Positions 36,809-47,136 of a stretch of DNA of 58,860 bases are shown here, in pieces. The position numbers and the translations under genes were made by a program. A model generated the notes under the pieces. The model was not told the origin of the DNA. It searched no databases and saw nothing but the letters and a program-made list of their open reading frames with translations. The stretch comes from Pseudomonadota bacterium (GTDB lineage: Bacteria > Pseudomonadota > Gammaproteobacteria > Pseudomonadales > UBA6940): contig JAZKFP010000050.1 in assembly GCA_040386355.1 (NCBI GenBank), forward strand, positions 1-58,860. The letters are read 5' to 3'. The stretch's first letter is position 1, and every line of letters starts with the position of its first letter.

Positions 36809-37123
36809 ACTTCAATCCTTTCACTAAAATCTGATTCAAAAAATGATTTGTCAATGATATGGAAAGCTTGACTCCACTTTGCAATCTTTATGCAATCTCT
36901 AAAGTAAATTTCAAGAAATTTTGACAAATAATTAAGGGAGTTACTTTTTTAGCATAGCGGCTAATTAAGAAAACCAAGAAAAAATTCACGAGAAAAACAA
37001 AGAAAAGTCATTGCTTTACAAGTCATTATTTAAAATATTGAAATGGCTTTTTGTTGAAAATTTTTAATATCAAAACAGAGGTTGGAGGCATTCTAAAAAG
37101 GTTAAGAAGCTATAAGATGTAAT

Positions 37124-37930
37124 TTAAAAAGGTAATACTTCATGTGGTTCAAAATAAGAAACAAATGCTGGAAAAGAATTACTGTCCACATGAGGCCATG
37201 TTCCTGCAAAACAGCGCACTCCTGTAGAAAACCATCTTCCAATTTGCCGACCTTCCATAACGTTAATTAATACAGCATTGGGTTGAATATTCGCAATTAA
37301 CATTCGGCGCTGAAATCGGCGCCAAGCCCACCATGTTTCTGTTGAATCAGGTTGGTCTATCCACCAACAGGCACGCTGAATTAATTCAGATTCCATGATC
37401 TGAGGTCTTTCTAACAGAGCTTCTGAAAACCTTATACAAGGTGTGACGTTTGAGATGGAAACAGCATCAACTAATGAAAAACCGTTAGCAGAAATAACCC
37501 AAAATAATTGGATTTGTTCATCAGTAGCAAGATGCTGAAATATTTTAATGAGTTGTCTTCGATAATCACGCGACCTAGATTCTTGCTGGGAGACGTTGCG
37601 AATTATATTGTCTTCTAATCCATCAGGACTAGTCATATAAAGGTACAAACAAGGATTAATGGGATGGATTTCTATAAGCCAGTCTCTGATTTTTTTCCAA
37701 ACTTCACCAACTAATACTCTAAATTTTTTACTATCTAAAACTATTGAATCATCCGAAATCGTCCATTTGATAAACCCACCACACCATTCTGAAGTCCGAT
37801 CAGGCGACAAATCGACCATTGGCATCCATACCTCTGGCATATACCAGGTATCAAGCATAATGATCGGTTGCGTCGGAAGCTCAATTTCTTGAATGACTTC
37901 AGAAGATGTTTTTGGAATAAATTGCTGCAT
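37124..37930 (-). CDS. hypothetical Trp-rich protein
   Basis: 268-codon ORF, no motif. Confidence 0.45.
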   Translation of the reverse strand: MQQFIPKTSSEVIQEIELPTQPIIMLDTWYMPEVWMPMVDLSPDRTSEWCGGFIKWTISDDSIVLDSKKFRVLVGEVWKKIRDWLIEIHPINPCLYLYMTSPDGLEDNIIRNVSQQESRSRDYRRQLIKIFQHLATDEQIQLFWVISANGFSLVDAVSISNVTPCIRFSEALLERPQIMESELIQRACWWIDQPDSTETWWAWRRFQRRMLIANIQPNAVLINVMEGRQIGRWFSTGVRCFAGTWPHVDSNSFPAFVSYFEPHEVLPF

Positions 37931-38049
37931 ATTCTGTTTGCTCGCTGCAATATGTTAGCCTTCACTCACGTGAAATACCTAATGAGTGGACGATGCTAAA
38001 GATCGCTCAAAGCCTTTTTATCAACAATCCATAAAAGGATTAATAGAGA

Positions 38050-38694
38050 ATGTCATCACAGTTTTTATCTGAATCTATTGCAAATTCTCTGCAGGATTTA
38101 ATAACGTGTTGTACGCGTTTATATAACCAAGGCCAGTGTCCTGGAACCAGTGGTAACTTCTCGATTCGATCAGCAAGTGATCGAATGTTAATTACGGTTT
38201 CTGGCCGACATAAAGGGCGTTTAGAAAATAAAGATTTTATGGAAGTAAATTTTGAAGATTGTATTTATCATCGCCATAATGAAAATGACTCGCCCTCTGC
38301 TGAAACAGCATTGCATCAAATGTTATATCAACGCTTTCCTGACGTAGGTACTGTTTTACATACTCATTCTGTAATGACTACCGTATTGTCGCGCTACTTC
38401 GCAAAACATGGTTATATTGCAGTGGATAATTACGAATTACTGAAAATATTTGGACTCAAATCGCATGAAGAATCGGTAAAATTACCGATCGTTGAAAATT
38501 CTCAAGATATGGCTGACATTCTTGGATCATTAGCGCCTATAGATAAAGATATAACTAAAGCCTGTGCGTATTTAATTGCAGGTCATGGATTATATGTTTG
38601 GGGGCCGACTGTTGCCATGGCTGAATATCGACTTGAGGCGTGGGATTTTTTATTAAATTGTATTTATGCTGAGCTTTCACTCCCTAATAGATAA
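38050..38694 (+). CDS. mtnB: methylthioribulose-1-phosphate dehydratase (class II aldolase fold)
   Basis: TSGNFSIR, ITVSGRHKG, HTHS and AGHGLYVWG motifs; located in an operon with mtnD and mtnC. Confidence 0.85.
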   Translation: MSSQFLSESIANSLQDLITCCTRLYNQGQCPGTSGNFSIRSASDRMLITVSGRHKGRLENKDFMEVNFEDCIYHRHNENDSPSAETALHQMLYQRFPDVGTVLHTHSVMTTVLSRYFAKHGYIAVDNYELLKIFGLKSHEESVKLPIVENSQDMADILGSLAPIDKDITKACAYLIAGHGLYVWGPTVAMAEYRLEAWDFLLNCIYAELSLPNR

Positions 38695-38750
38695 TTGTTT
38701 AAATATTAATTCACTCAGCATAAAACGCTAAATTTAACCGGAGAAATTAA

Positions 38751-39347
38751 ATGAGTGCTTTGTATGTGTTTTCAGTGGAACAACCTGAAATTCCTTTAGA
38801 AATCTTAAATCAAACACACGACATTAAAAATACTTTATCTCAGGCTAACGTTGAATACGATAGTTGGCCGTTGCGCGATATTAATTCAGCGACTGAATTA
38901 CAAGGCAAAGATTTACAAGAAGCAGTGTTGAATGCTTATGCAGAAGATGTATCTTTTTTAAAAAATCGCGAAGGCTATCAAACAGCGGATGTTATTCGTT
39001 TAACTACAGAACATCCCGATAAATTAGCCTTACGTCAAAAGTTTCTTTCCGAACACGTGCACAGCGAAGACGAAGTACGTTTTTTCGTAGAAGGTTCAGG
39101 ATTATTTTGCATAAATTATGAAAATCGTATCTACCAATTATTAGCTACGGCTGGAGATTTAGTTCGATTGCCTGCTGGAACGCATCACTGGTTTGATATG
39201 GGATCATCACCAAGTTTTACCTGCATTCGTTTATTTACTGATCCTGCAGGTTGGGTTGCAGATTTTACGCAGTCAGCAATTTCAAAACAATTTCCGGACT
39301 TGGATCATTGGAAATCTTCTGAGCATGAAAAAAGTGAGAACGTATAA
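38751..39347 (+). CDS. mtnD: acireductone dioxygenase (ARD, cupin)
   Basis: EHVHSEDEVRFFVEGSGLF...PAGTHHWFD cupin metal-binding motifs. Confidence 0.85.
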   Translation: MSALYVFSVEQPEIPLEILNQTHDIKNTLSQANVEYDSWPLRDINSATELQGKDLQEAVLNAYAEDVSFLKNREGYQTADVIRLTTEHPDKLALRQKFLSEHVHSEDEVRFFVEGSGLFCINYENRIYQLLATAGDLVRLPAGTHHWFDMGSSPSFTCIRLFTDPAGWVADFTQSAISKQFPDLDHWKSSEHEKSENV

Positions 39348-40049
39348 ATGCAAGAAAAAATTCATTACATATTAACTGATATTGAAGGTACTACCTCTTC
39401 AATTAATTTCGTATACGAAACATTATTTCCATATGCACGCAAACATTTAAAATCCTTTGTAATAAATAATGCAGACGAGCCTGAAGTGCGCTCCATTATT
39501 GCTCAAGCATGTAATGAAGGAAAAATTGAAGTTTCTATAAATCATGCAATACAGTTATTCGAAAAGTGGATGGACGAAGATCGAAAAATTACACCTTTAA
39601 AAAGTATCCAAGGTTTAATTTGGCAACAAGGTTATGAAGCAGGAGAATTAAAAGGTCATATATATGATGACGCTGCTGCTGAATTACATAATTGGCATAA
39701 GAAAGGATTAACGCTTGGCGTGTATTCTTCAGGTTCTGTTACGGCACAAAAGCTAATTTTTGGATATTCAGAACAAGGTAATTTAGCTATTTTGTTTAAT
39801 CATTTTTTTGATACAACATTTGGCGGTAAGTTAGAAAAAACTTCTTATGAAAAAATCGCTCATCAGATTAATGTTTCACCTAATCAAATTTGTTTTTTAT
39901 CCGACAATCCAAAAGAATTAATCGCTGCTGACCAGGCTGGTATGTTTTGTATTTTAATACAAAGAGATAATCTGCAATTAATAGCTAATCCTGGATTTAT
40001 TGTTGCGGCAAGTTTTCATGATGTAGATCTTTTAATTGCAAAAGACTAG
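39348..40049 (+). CDS. mtnC: enolase-phosphatase E1 (HAD family)
   Basis: ILTDIEGTTSSINFVYETLFPYAR N-terminus with the HAD DxE/D motif, and later SSGS. Confidence 0.85.
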   Translation: MQEKIHYILTDIEGTTSSINFVYETLFPYARKHLKSFVINNADEPEVRSIIAQACNEGKIEVSINHAIQLFEKWMDEDRKITPLKSIQGLIWQQGYEAGELKGHIYDDAAAELHNWHKKGLTLGVYSSGSVTAQKLIFGYSEQGNLAILFNHFFDTTFGGKLEKTSYEKIAHQINVSPNQICFLSDNPKELIAADQAGMFCILIQRDNLQLIANPGFIVAASFHDVDLLIAKD

Positions 40050-40127
40050 TTTTATCAAAGATGAGAATTCTTTTTAAAAAATCCAATAGACAGCGCATTT
40101 AAAATTGAGCACAAAAGCACACTAATT

Positions 40128-40159
40128 GGCGTCATTCCCGCGAAGGCGGGAATGACGCC
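40128..40159. repeat. REP-like perfect palindrome, possibly also the mtn operon terminator
   Basis: GGCGTCATTCCCGC-GAAG-GCGGGAATGACGCC, a 14-bp stem, followed by a T-rich tract. Its core fits ATTCCC-N8-GGGAAT. Confidence 0.6.
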
Positions 40160-40288
40160 GCCCAAGGTTGTTTTTTAATTTTTTAAAATCCTAAAAGTTT
40201 TATAATTTGAATTGTCATAAAAATACTTTTGCTGGCAGCATAGAATTAAAATTTTTCAACTAAGCTTATTAAATCTACAAAAAATATA

Positions 40289-42154
40289 ATGAGCTATTCA
40301 ATGCGTTATAAATTTTCAGGGTTTCTAACCACACTATTTTGCGGCGCAATCAATGATACTTTCTTAAAAACTTCTGTTCTTTTTCTGTTTGTTACGGTCA
40401 TCCCTCAACAATCGTCGGTAATGCATCATTGGATTGAGCTTGCTTTCATTTTTCCTTTTTTATTGTTTAGTGGTTTTGCAGGCTATATTGCGAATCACTA
40501 TGAACAATCCTGGTGGATTCAACGACTCGCTTTTCTTAAATTATTGATTTGTTGTTTAGCAATTATTGCATTCACTTTTAATCAATTATGGTTTTACTTA
40601 CTGCTTATTTTTGCAATGGGTTCACAGTCGAGTTTATTTGGACCTATAAAATACAGCGCTATTCCACGACTGGTAAATTCAGAAATAATTATTAAAGCTA
40701 ATGCTTGGGTTGGCGCAGTTACTTTCTTGGCAATCTTTTTAGGAAGTTTTTTTGCTGGAATACTGTTTGAAGATAAATTTTCACAGATGTACGTCCCCTA
40801 TATAATGGTTTGCATTGCAATTATTGGTTGGTATACATCTCATAAAATTCCAATTTTACCTGCTCTAACCTCAAAACAACCTAAAAATTTATTAGCATTT
40901 TGGAAAGATAAAAGTTTTTTTGATTCAATGGATATAGCCAAACAAAAAAAACCTTTGATTTTTATTATTCTAGGCATTTCATGGTTTTGGTTTTTAGGCG
41001 CAGCGTATTTTATTCAGTTACCGGTTTTTACCCGCAGCATCATGCTTTCAAGCGAAAGTGTGATGTCATTATTTTTGGGAGCATTTACCAGTGGTGTAAT
41101 TATCGGTGGATTATTATGCGCACGTATGTCATGCAATCGCGTTGAGCCTGGCATGGTACCTTTAGGCGCATTAGGTTTAACCATTTTTAGCATCGATTTA
41201 AGTTTTGTACATATTACTGATGCTCAACAATCATTCAGTTTATTAGCTGCTTTATCATCTTCTACTCACTGGCACGCAATAATCGATATGATTTTGATTG
41301 GCTGTGCAGGTGGATTTTTTGTCACCCCGTTATACGCCATGATTCAAGAACGAACTCGCAAACAAGAACGTGCACGAATGCTCGCTATGAATAATTTCCT
41401 AAATGCATTTTCAATGGTGACATCGGCAATTACTGGTTTGATATGTTTCGGTTGGTTTGAACTAACACTTGATCAATACTTCTTTGGCTTGGCTATATTA
41501 AATTTTTTTATCGCTATTTATTTATTTTCTTTTGTTCCAGAATTTGTTTTGCGTTTTATTTTATGGTGCTTATTGCATGTGGTGTATCGTATTAAAGCAA
41601 AAGGTTTTGAGAAAATACCAGAAAAGGGTCCGGTAATATTAATTTCTAATCATGTGAGTTATGTTGACGCCGTTTTAATTGGTAGTTTGTGCACACGCCC
41701 TACTCGATTTGTTATTTACAAACCCATTTATGATTTAAAAGTTTTAAATTGGGTATTTAAATTAACGCGGTCTATTCCGATTAATTCAAAAGCAAATGAC
41801 TCTGCAACCTATCATCAAGCTTTTGAAACGATTACCAATGCATTAAATCAAGGCGAAATTATTTGTATTTTTCCAGAAGGTAGTTTGACGTACGACGGCC
41901 AGATTCGATCTTTTCGTTCAGGATTATTAAAAATATTGCAAGAACATCCTGCGACTATTGTGCCGATTGGATTAAATGGTTTATGGGAAAGTGTATTTAG
42001 TCGACAACGACGTCCGATTTTGAAAAAAATATTTTCGTCGTTACGGCGTCGAGTTGGAATTAATGTGGGTGATCCTATTGCTGCAGACGACGTTGACCTT
42101 GATCAATTACGTCAAAAAGTACAACAACTTTCAAACAATAAAACTAATTATTGA
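40289..42154 (+). CDS. MFS lysophospholipid-transporter-like domain fused to a 1-acyl-glycerol-3-phosphate acyltransferase domain
   Basis: About 12 TM helices, then SNHVSYVDAV (HxxxxD) and FPEGSLTYDG acyltransferase motifs. Confidence 0.8.
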   Translation: MSYSMRYKFSGFLTTLFCGAINDTFLKTSVLFLFVTVIPQQSSVMHHWIELAFIFPFLLFSGFAGYIANHYEQSWWIQRLAFLKLLICCLAIIAFTFNQLWFYLLLIFAMGSQSSLFGPIKYSAIPRLVNSEIIIKANAWVGAVTFLAIFLGSFFAGILFEDKFSQMYVPYIMVCIAIIGWYTSHKIPILPALTSKQPKNLLAFWKDKSFFDSMDIAKQKKPLIFIILGISWFWFLGAAYFIQLPVFTRSIMLSSESVMSLFLGAFTSGVIIGGLLCARMSCNRVEPGMVPLGALGLTIFSIDLSFVHITDAQQSFSLLAALSSSTHWHAIIDMILIGCAGGFFVTPLYAMIQERTRKQERARMLAMNNFLNAFSMVTSAITGLICFGWFELTLDQYFFGLAILNFFIAIYLFSFVPEFVLRFILWCLLHVVYRIKAKGFEKIPEKGPVILISNHVSYVDAVLIGSLCTRPTRFVIYKPIYDLKVLNWVFKLTRSIPINSKANDSATYHQAFETITNALNQGEIICIFPEGSLTYDGQIRSFRSGLLKILQEHPATIVPIGLNGLWESVFSRQRRPILKKIFSSLRRRVGINVGDPIAADDVDLDQLRQKVQQLSNNKTNY

Positions 42155-44787
42155 AACGCTACCCACTCCAATGCAGATGCTTTTGCTTGCGACAGTTTTG
42201 CTGGATCACCGCCGCCACCCATTGCCATATCTGCACGACCACCGCCTTTACCAGTCATTTGATCACAAACATTTTTCACCCATTGACCAGCCGCGTATTT
42301 TTTTACGTGATCAGAACTTACACCAGCTGCAATTCCAATTGAATTATCACTGGTAAAAAATACCATCACTAAACCTGAACCAAGTTTTTGTTTTAAAACA
42401 TCAACTAAATCACGTGCAGATTTTGCGTCAGTAACATTTGAATTTGTGGTAGCGTCAATTACGAGCACCGCTATTTCACCAATCATGACTTTCTCTGATA
42501 GCCATTGATCCGTGGAACCTGAATTCATCGATTTTTTTAATGATTCTTGTTCTTTTTCCAACGTTCGAATGCGTTCATTTTGTGTTTTAAAACGAACTAA
42601 TAATTGATCAAGCGGTGCTTTTACTTCGGAAGTTAATGCAGTAATTTGAGCACGCTCTTCACGTTCCAATTGCCATGCACGCCAGCCAGCAACTGCTTCG
42701 ATTCTGCGAACACCCGATGCAACTGCGGATTCTTGAACGATACGAAATGAACCTATATCTCCAGTTCTTGAAACATGTGTACCACCACATAATTCAATCG
42801 AATAATCCTGTTCACCCATCGTTAACACACGAACTTCGTCATCGTATTTTTCACCAAATAACGCCATGGCTCCAGAAGCTTTTGCTTTTTCAATCGACAT
42901 TAATTGTGTGGTGACTTCAACGTTCGCTAAAACTTCGCGCATTACTTCGGTTTCAATTTTTTGAATTTCATGCGAAGAAATTGGGTTGGGATGTGAAAAA
43001 TCAAAGCGTAATTTCATGTCGTCAACCAGCGAACCTTTTTGTTGGACATGCGTACCTAGTACTTTTCGCAACGCTGCATGCAATAAATGGGTTGCGGAAT
43101 GATGTCGACGGATCGCGGCACGACGTTGCGTATCGACATCTAACACAACAATTTCACCAACTGATAATTCGCCTTTTTCTAATTGTCCAATATGCAAAAC
43201 AACCGAGCCTTGTTTTTTGGTGTCATCTACGCGAAATATAGCGTTCGCTGTTTTAATCCAACCACGATCTCCCACTTGTCCGCCGGACTCGGCATAAAAA
43301 GGTGATTGTTCAACTGCAATAATTGCATCGGTTCCAGCTTCAATAGTTTTTACTAATTCATGCTGATCAACAATGGCTTGAATAGGACTTTGAAATTGCA
43401 CTTTTTCATAGCCATGGAAAATAGTCGCAGCTGTTTCTGCAGGAATAGCAACTTGTTGTAATTTAAATCCTGAATGTTGTTTGGAACGCTGTTTTTGTTT
43501 CAACATGCATACGTCAAAACCTTGCCAATCGAGTGTGCAATTATTTTCACGTGCAATATCGTCGGTTAAATCTGGTGGAAATCCGTAGGTGTCGTACAAA
43601 GTAAAAACGGTTTCACCAGGAATTATTTTATTCGAATTATTTTCCAAACCTTTCATAGCTTGTAATAAAAGCTGCATTCCTTGATCCAAGGTAATTGAAA
43701 ATTGCGCTTCTTCTTTTGCAAGTACTTGCATAATGCGCGTTTGTTGAATTTTTAATTCTGGATAGGCTTCACACATTTCTTGAACTAAAAATGGTACGCA
43801 TTCCGCAAAAAAACCAACCTTGGCATTTAATTTATAACCGTGGCGTAACGCGCGTCGAATAATACGACGTAGCACATAACCACGGCCTTCATTTGAAGGC
43901 GTGATTCCATCTAAAGTAAGAAACGAGGTAGAGCGAATATGGTCGGCAATAACGCGAATAGAATGTTGTGTAATATTATTTTCTTCAACACCAATAACTT
44001 TTTTAATACCGTTAATTAATCCACGAAATAAATCAATGTCGTAATTATTATGAACGCCTTGCATAACCGCGGCGATTCGTTCTAAACCCATTCCGGTATC
44101 AACCGAAGGTTTTGGCAATGGATTTAACGTACCGTCTGCTTGACGGTCAAATTGCATGAACACTAAATTCCAAATTTCAATGTAGCGATCGCCATCGGCT
44201 TCTTCTGAACCTGGAGGACCACCCACAACTTCAGGACCGTGATCGTAAAAAATTTCGGTGCATGGGCCGCATGGGCCGGTATCACCCATTGACCAGAAAT
44301 TATCTTTCTCACCCAAGCGTGCGATGCGTTCAACAGGAATATGAATTTCTTTGGCCCAAATGTTATAGGCTTCGTCGTCTTCAAAATAAACCGTCACCCA
44401 TAATTTTTCTGGTGGAAGCTGTAATACTTCGGTCAAAAACGACCAAGCAAATTGAATCGCTTCACGTTTAAAATAATCACCAAAACTAAAATTGCCGAGC
44501 ATTTCAAAGAAAGTGTGATGACGTGCTGTATAGCCAACATTTTCTAAATCGTTGTGTTTACCACCTGCACGAACTACGCGCTGCGACGACGCCGCACGTT
44601 GATACGGCTTTTTTTCACGTCCTAAAAAAACATCTTTAAACTGCACCATACCTGCATTGGTAAATAGTAAAGTCGGATCATTCGCAGGGATTAATGAACT
44701 ACTCGCGACTATTTGATGCGCGTGCTGTTCAAAAAAATGTAGAAACGCTTGGCGAATATCCGCCACCGTGGAAATTGTCCGGGTCAT
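42148..44787 (-). CDS. alaS: alanyl-tRNA synthetase
   Basis: 879 aa; FTNAGMVQFK, RVVRAGGKHNDLENVG, HHSATHLLH editing-domain motifs; C-terminal DHHA1-like region. Confidence 0.95.
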   Translation of the reverse strand: MTRTISTVADIRQAFLHFFEQHAHQIVASSSLIPANDPTLLFTNAGMVQFKDVFLGREKKPYQRAASSQRVVRAGGKHNDLENVGYTARHHTFFEMLGNFSFGDYFKREAIQFAWSFLTEVLQLPPEKLWVTVYFEDDEAYNIWAKEIHIPVERIARLGEKDNFWSMGDTGPCGPCTEIFYDHGPEVVGGPPGSEEADGDRYIEIWNLVFMQFDRQADGTLNPLPKPSVDTGMGLERIAAVMQGVHNNYDIDLFRGLINGIKKVIGVEENNITQHSIRVIADHIRSTSFLTLDGITPSNEGRGYVLRRIIRRALRHGYKLNAKVGFFAECVPFLVQEMCEAYPELKIQQTRIMQVLAKEEAQFSITLDQGMQLLLQAMKGLENNSNKIIPGETVFTLYDTYGFPPDLTDDIARENNCTLDWQGFDVCMLKQKQRSKQHSGFKLQQVAIPAETAATIFHGYEKVQFQSPIQAIVDQHELVKTIEAGTDAIIAVEQSPFYAESGGQVGDRGWIKTANAIFRVDDTKKQGSVVLHIGQLEKGELSVGEIVVLDVDTQRRAAIRRHHSATHLLHAALRKVLGTHVQQKGSLVDDMKLRFDFSHPNPISSHEIQKIETEVMREVLANVEVTTQLMSIEKAKASGAMALFGEKYDDEVRVLTMGEQDYSIELCGGTHVSRTGDIGSFRIVQESAVASGVRRIEAVAGWRAWQLEREERAQITALTSEVKAPLDQLLVRFKTQNERIRTLEKEQESLKKSMNSGSTDQWLSEKVMIGEIAVLVIDATTNSNVTDAKSARDLVDVLKQKLGSGLVMVFFTSDNSIGIAAGVSSDHVKKYAAGQWVKNVCDQMTGKGGGRADMAMGGGGDPAKLSQAKASALEWVAFQ

Positions 44788-44864
44788 AAAAGGTATCCTG
44801 GAATGGAAAGCTTAAAGAAAAAGAAGTTTAATCGGCGGCGGCCTATTGTGTCGAGCTGGGCGCT

Positions 44865-45191
44865 CTAATCAATCGATTCAATCCAACCATCTTTTAACAA
44901 TTGCTGCAATGAATAAGTAATTTCAGCACGCAAGAGCGGAAGTTCTAAGTCATACGTCACGGCCCAAACCTGCTCGTGTTGCATCATCGGTTCTTTTAAC
45001 TGGATGGTGTTCAGCATTTGACTCTGCAATCCTGCAAAGCAACCCTGCTGATTGGTATCGTATTTTAAGACGACAACTTCATTGCCACGCCACTGCAACA
45101 ATGTGCGATCTGCGATTTTAAATTGGCGCTCCATCCAATTTTTAAGCTCTTCCATAACTATCTCTAAAAATATCTGATTAATCTCAATCAA
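44865..45191 (-). CDS. hypothetical protein
   Basis: ORF only; the start may be the internal Met at 45155. Confidence 0.35.
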   Translation of the reverse strand: MIEINQIFLEIVMEELKNWMERQFKIADRTLLQWRGNEVVVLKYDTNQQGCFAGLQSQMLNTIQLKEPMMQHEQVWAVTYDLELPLLRAEITYSLQQLLKDGWIESID

Positions 45192-45325
45192 TTTAGCAGC
45201 AAAATCGCTTGCAATTCTTTCATCGGTCGATAGACTATGCCCTCCAGATTGCCCAGCAGTCTGAGACGTCGAAGCGATGGTTGTTAGAAGTTAAGACATC
45301 GACGGATGAGAAAAAAGTGTTTATT

Positions 45326-45402
45326 GCGCCTGTAGCTCAGTTGGATAGAGTACATGACTACGAATCATGTGGTCGGGAGTTCGAATCTCTCCAGGCGCAC
45401 CA
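45326..45402 (+). tRNA. tRNA-Arg (anticodon ACG)
   Basis: GCGCCTG/CAGGCGC acceptor stem, anticodon stem CATGA/TCATG with loop CTACGAA, TTCGAAT T-loop, and an encoded CCA. Confidence 0.92.
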
Positions 45403-45403
45403 T
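45355..45403 (+). repeat. att direct repeat (within the intact tRNA-Arg)
   Basis: 49/49 identical to 52229-52277; the flanking bases differ on both sides. Confidence 0.9.
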
Positions 45404-45534
45404 ATAAATCAAAGACTTACACCTCTTGTAGTTGTCCTCATAAAATCCAGAGTCACCAGAAAGTCACCACTACAAAAGAATTTATTGTTTTGCTTGAAGT
45501 AATGTACATGATCGATTTTTTTGGATTTGTATCT

Positions 45535-46548
45535 TCAAGTAAATTTTGTTCCGTACTTTGTCCTATACCAACTTTGAATTGAGTGTGCACAGAAAAATTC
45601 TATTGCAGGGTAGGAACTCCAACCATGGGTTTTTACCCATAGCTCGGAAATCTTATAAAAAATTTTGTTTCTACAAATTTCATCTTCATGTGGTAAGACT
45701 GAAATTGCGATTCGCTTAGTTTTTGCAGAACTAAAAATTTTTTCTTTGATGTGAGTATCTCTTTCTGCCATGCCCCAACCATAAAAAACTAAGTTTTCCG
45801 GCATGTCAGATAATTTTTCAAAAACTGTCTTCAAGTAATCGTTTTTTTTAATGCACTTTATCTTGTGAGAAGATTGGCCTTCCATAACAGTTAAACTGAC
45901 TTTGTCATCGTTCAATTGTTTGTCGATAGTGTCTAAGAAATTTATGTCACCAGACTTTAATTTTTTTATGAAATCACCTTCCTGGTAATAAAACAAATTT
46001 CCGTGTGGAAAAACTAAAGTTGTTTTTTTAACATCTTTCCAATCGCTAGAAAACTTATCATTTAAAAACCTTAGGCCTAAATAGTTGCCAGGTCTAAAGC
46101 CATCATTCATACATTCAGATTTATTTAACATAGAGCTATAAACTACGGTATCGTAATTAAGGCAGCAAACAACTTTGAAATGCATTAAAAATTCACTCAT
46201 TGCTTTTAGCTTACCGCCATCCTGAATTTTTTTAATATTCAATATTAAAATTTTTTGAAATATTCGTTTAATATTTTTTAAGTAATTTTCTATTTTTTCA
46301 ATTGAGTGAGAAGCAGTATCATTATATTTTTCAGATTCAAGAAAACTTATGATTTCTTCAAAGTCCATTGTAAATTTCGCAATAAAAAAATGAAGTTCGT
46401 CTTTAGATAAATGTGCTTTAGCTTGTTCAAAAATATTAGGATAAGAAAAACTTTGTGATATATGAATACTTAAGCCGTTTCCAGCGACTAAGCCAGCACG
46501 TTCATACTTATCTGCAATTTCCGCCCAATCCTTGACATAGAAATCCAC
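45535..46548 (-). CDS. DUF4917-like protein
   Basis: 337 aa. N-terminal GLVAGNGLSIHISQSFSYPNIF...MDFEEIISFLE matches the remembered DUF4917 signature LLLGNGFSIA..F.Y.SL...DFE, and the length matches (about 330 aa). Confidence 0.55.
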   Translation of the reverse strand: MDFYVKDWAEIADKYERAGLVAGNGLSIHISQSFSYPNIFEQAKAHLSKDELHFFIAKFTMDFEEIISFLESEKYNDTASHSIEKIENYLKNIKRIFQKILILNIKKIQDGGKLKAMSEFLMHFKVVCCLNYDTVVYSSMLNKSECMNDGFRPGNYLGLRFLNDKFSSDWKDVKKTTLVFPHGNLFYYQEGDFIKKLKSGDINFLDTIDKQLNDDKVSLTVMEGQSSHKIKCIKKNDYLKTVFEKLSDMPENLVFYGWGMAERDTHIKEKIFSSAKTKRIAISVLPHEDEICRNKIFYKISELWVKTHGWSSYPAIEFFCAHSIQSWYRTKYGTKFT

Positions 46549-46620
46549 ACGACTCTCCTTAAGTGGCTTTGAATAGCCTGCCTAAAAAGAGTAGTAGACT
46601 CATTAAACATTTAAAAAATA

Positions 46621-47097
46621 TCAATTTGCTTTTACAAACTCTACATGGATACGTCGTGCATTTTCACTTTTGATTGTTTCGTTCAATAAATTATCATTTG
46701 CTACTTTTTGAAGCTCAAAGGGGTTAAACACTCCAAGATGTTTACCCAACAATTCAAGCGCGCGAGTTGCGCCCGTTGCATTAAATTTATATTCACCAGT
46801 AGGTAAACCTTCAGCATCACAAACCGGTTCTGCTTGCAAACAACGATCTGCGACAACTTTTAAACTCTGCAAAACGTAGTCAGCATTAATTTGTGTTCGT
46901 TGCTGTTGTTCGGTTTGTGCTTTTTTAATCGCCATAGAAACCCTATTTTTTCCTAGCAGTGCTGGTCCGATTTTGTCCGCGTTGTTTGCGCTATAGCCTG
47001 CACGCTTAGCGGCTTGCGTTGCATTTAAATCAATTAAATACTCATCAACAAACCGCTGCTGCCTTGGCGTTAAATTTTCTCTGAAGTGCGCCCCCAT
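46621..47097 (-). CDS. terS: phage terminase small subunit (Terminase_2/P27-like)
   Basis: TPRQQRFVDEYLIDLNATQAAKRAGYSANNA...GPALLGKNRV is the canonical TerS HTH N-terminus. Confidence 0.8.
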   Translation of the reverse strand: MGAHFRENLTPRQQRFVDEYLIDLNATQAAKRAGYSANNADKIGPALLGKNRVSMAIKKAQTEQQQRTQINADYVLQSLKVVADRCLQAEPVCDAEGLPTGEYKFNATGATRALELLGKHLGVFNPFELQKVANDNLLNETIKSENARRIHVEFVKAN

Positions 47098-47136
47098 ATG
47101 TTTTTAAATGGCCTTATATGATTGGTATATTATAAA

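Noticed and set aside
45210-45238. TTGCAA-N16-TAGACT as the tRNA-Arg promoter
   Set aside because: The hexamers are plausible, but the element lies about 85 nt upstream of the mature 5' end and cannot be supported without mapping data. It is left uncalled.
45209-45582. ORFs 45209..45502 and 45367..45582 on the plus strand
   Set aside because: They run straight through the tRNA-Arg gene and the att region, and their translations include the tRNA sequence. They are spurious.
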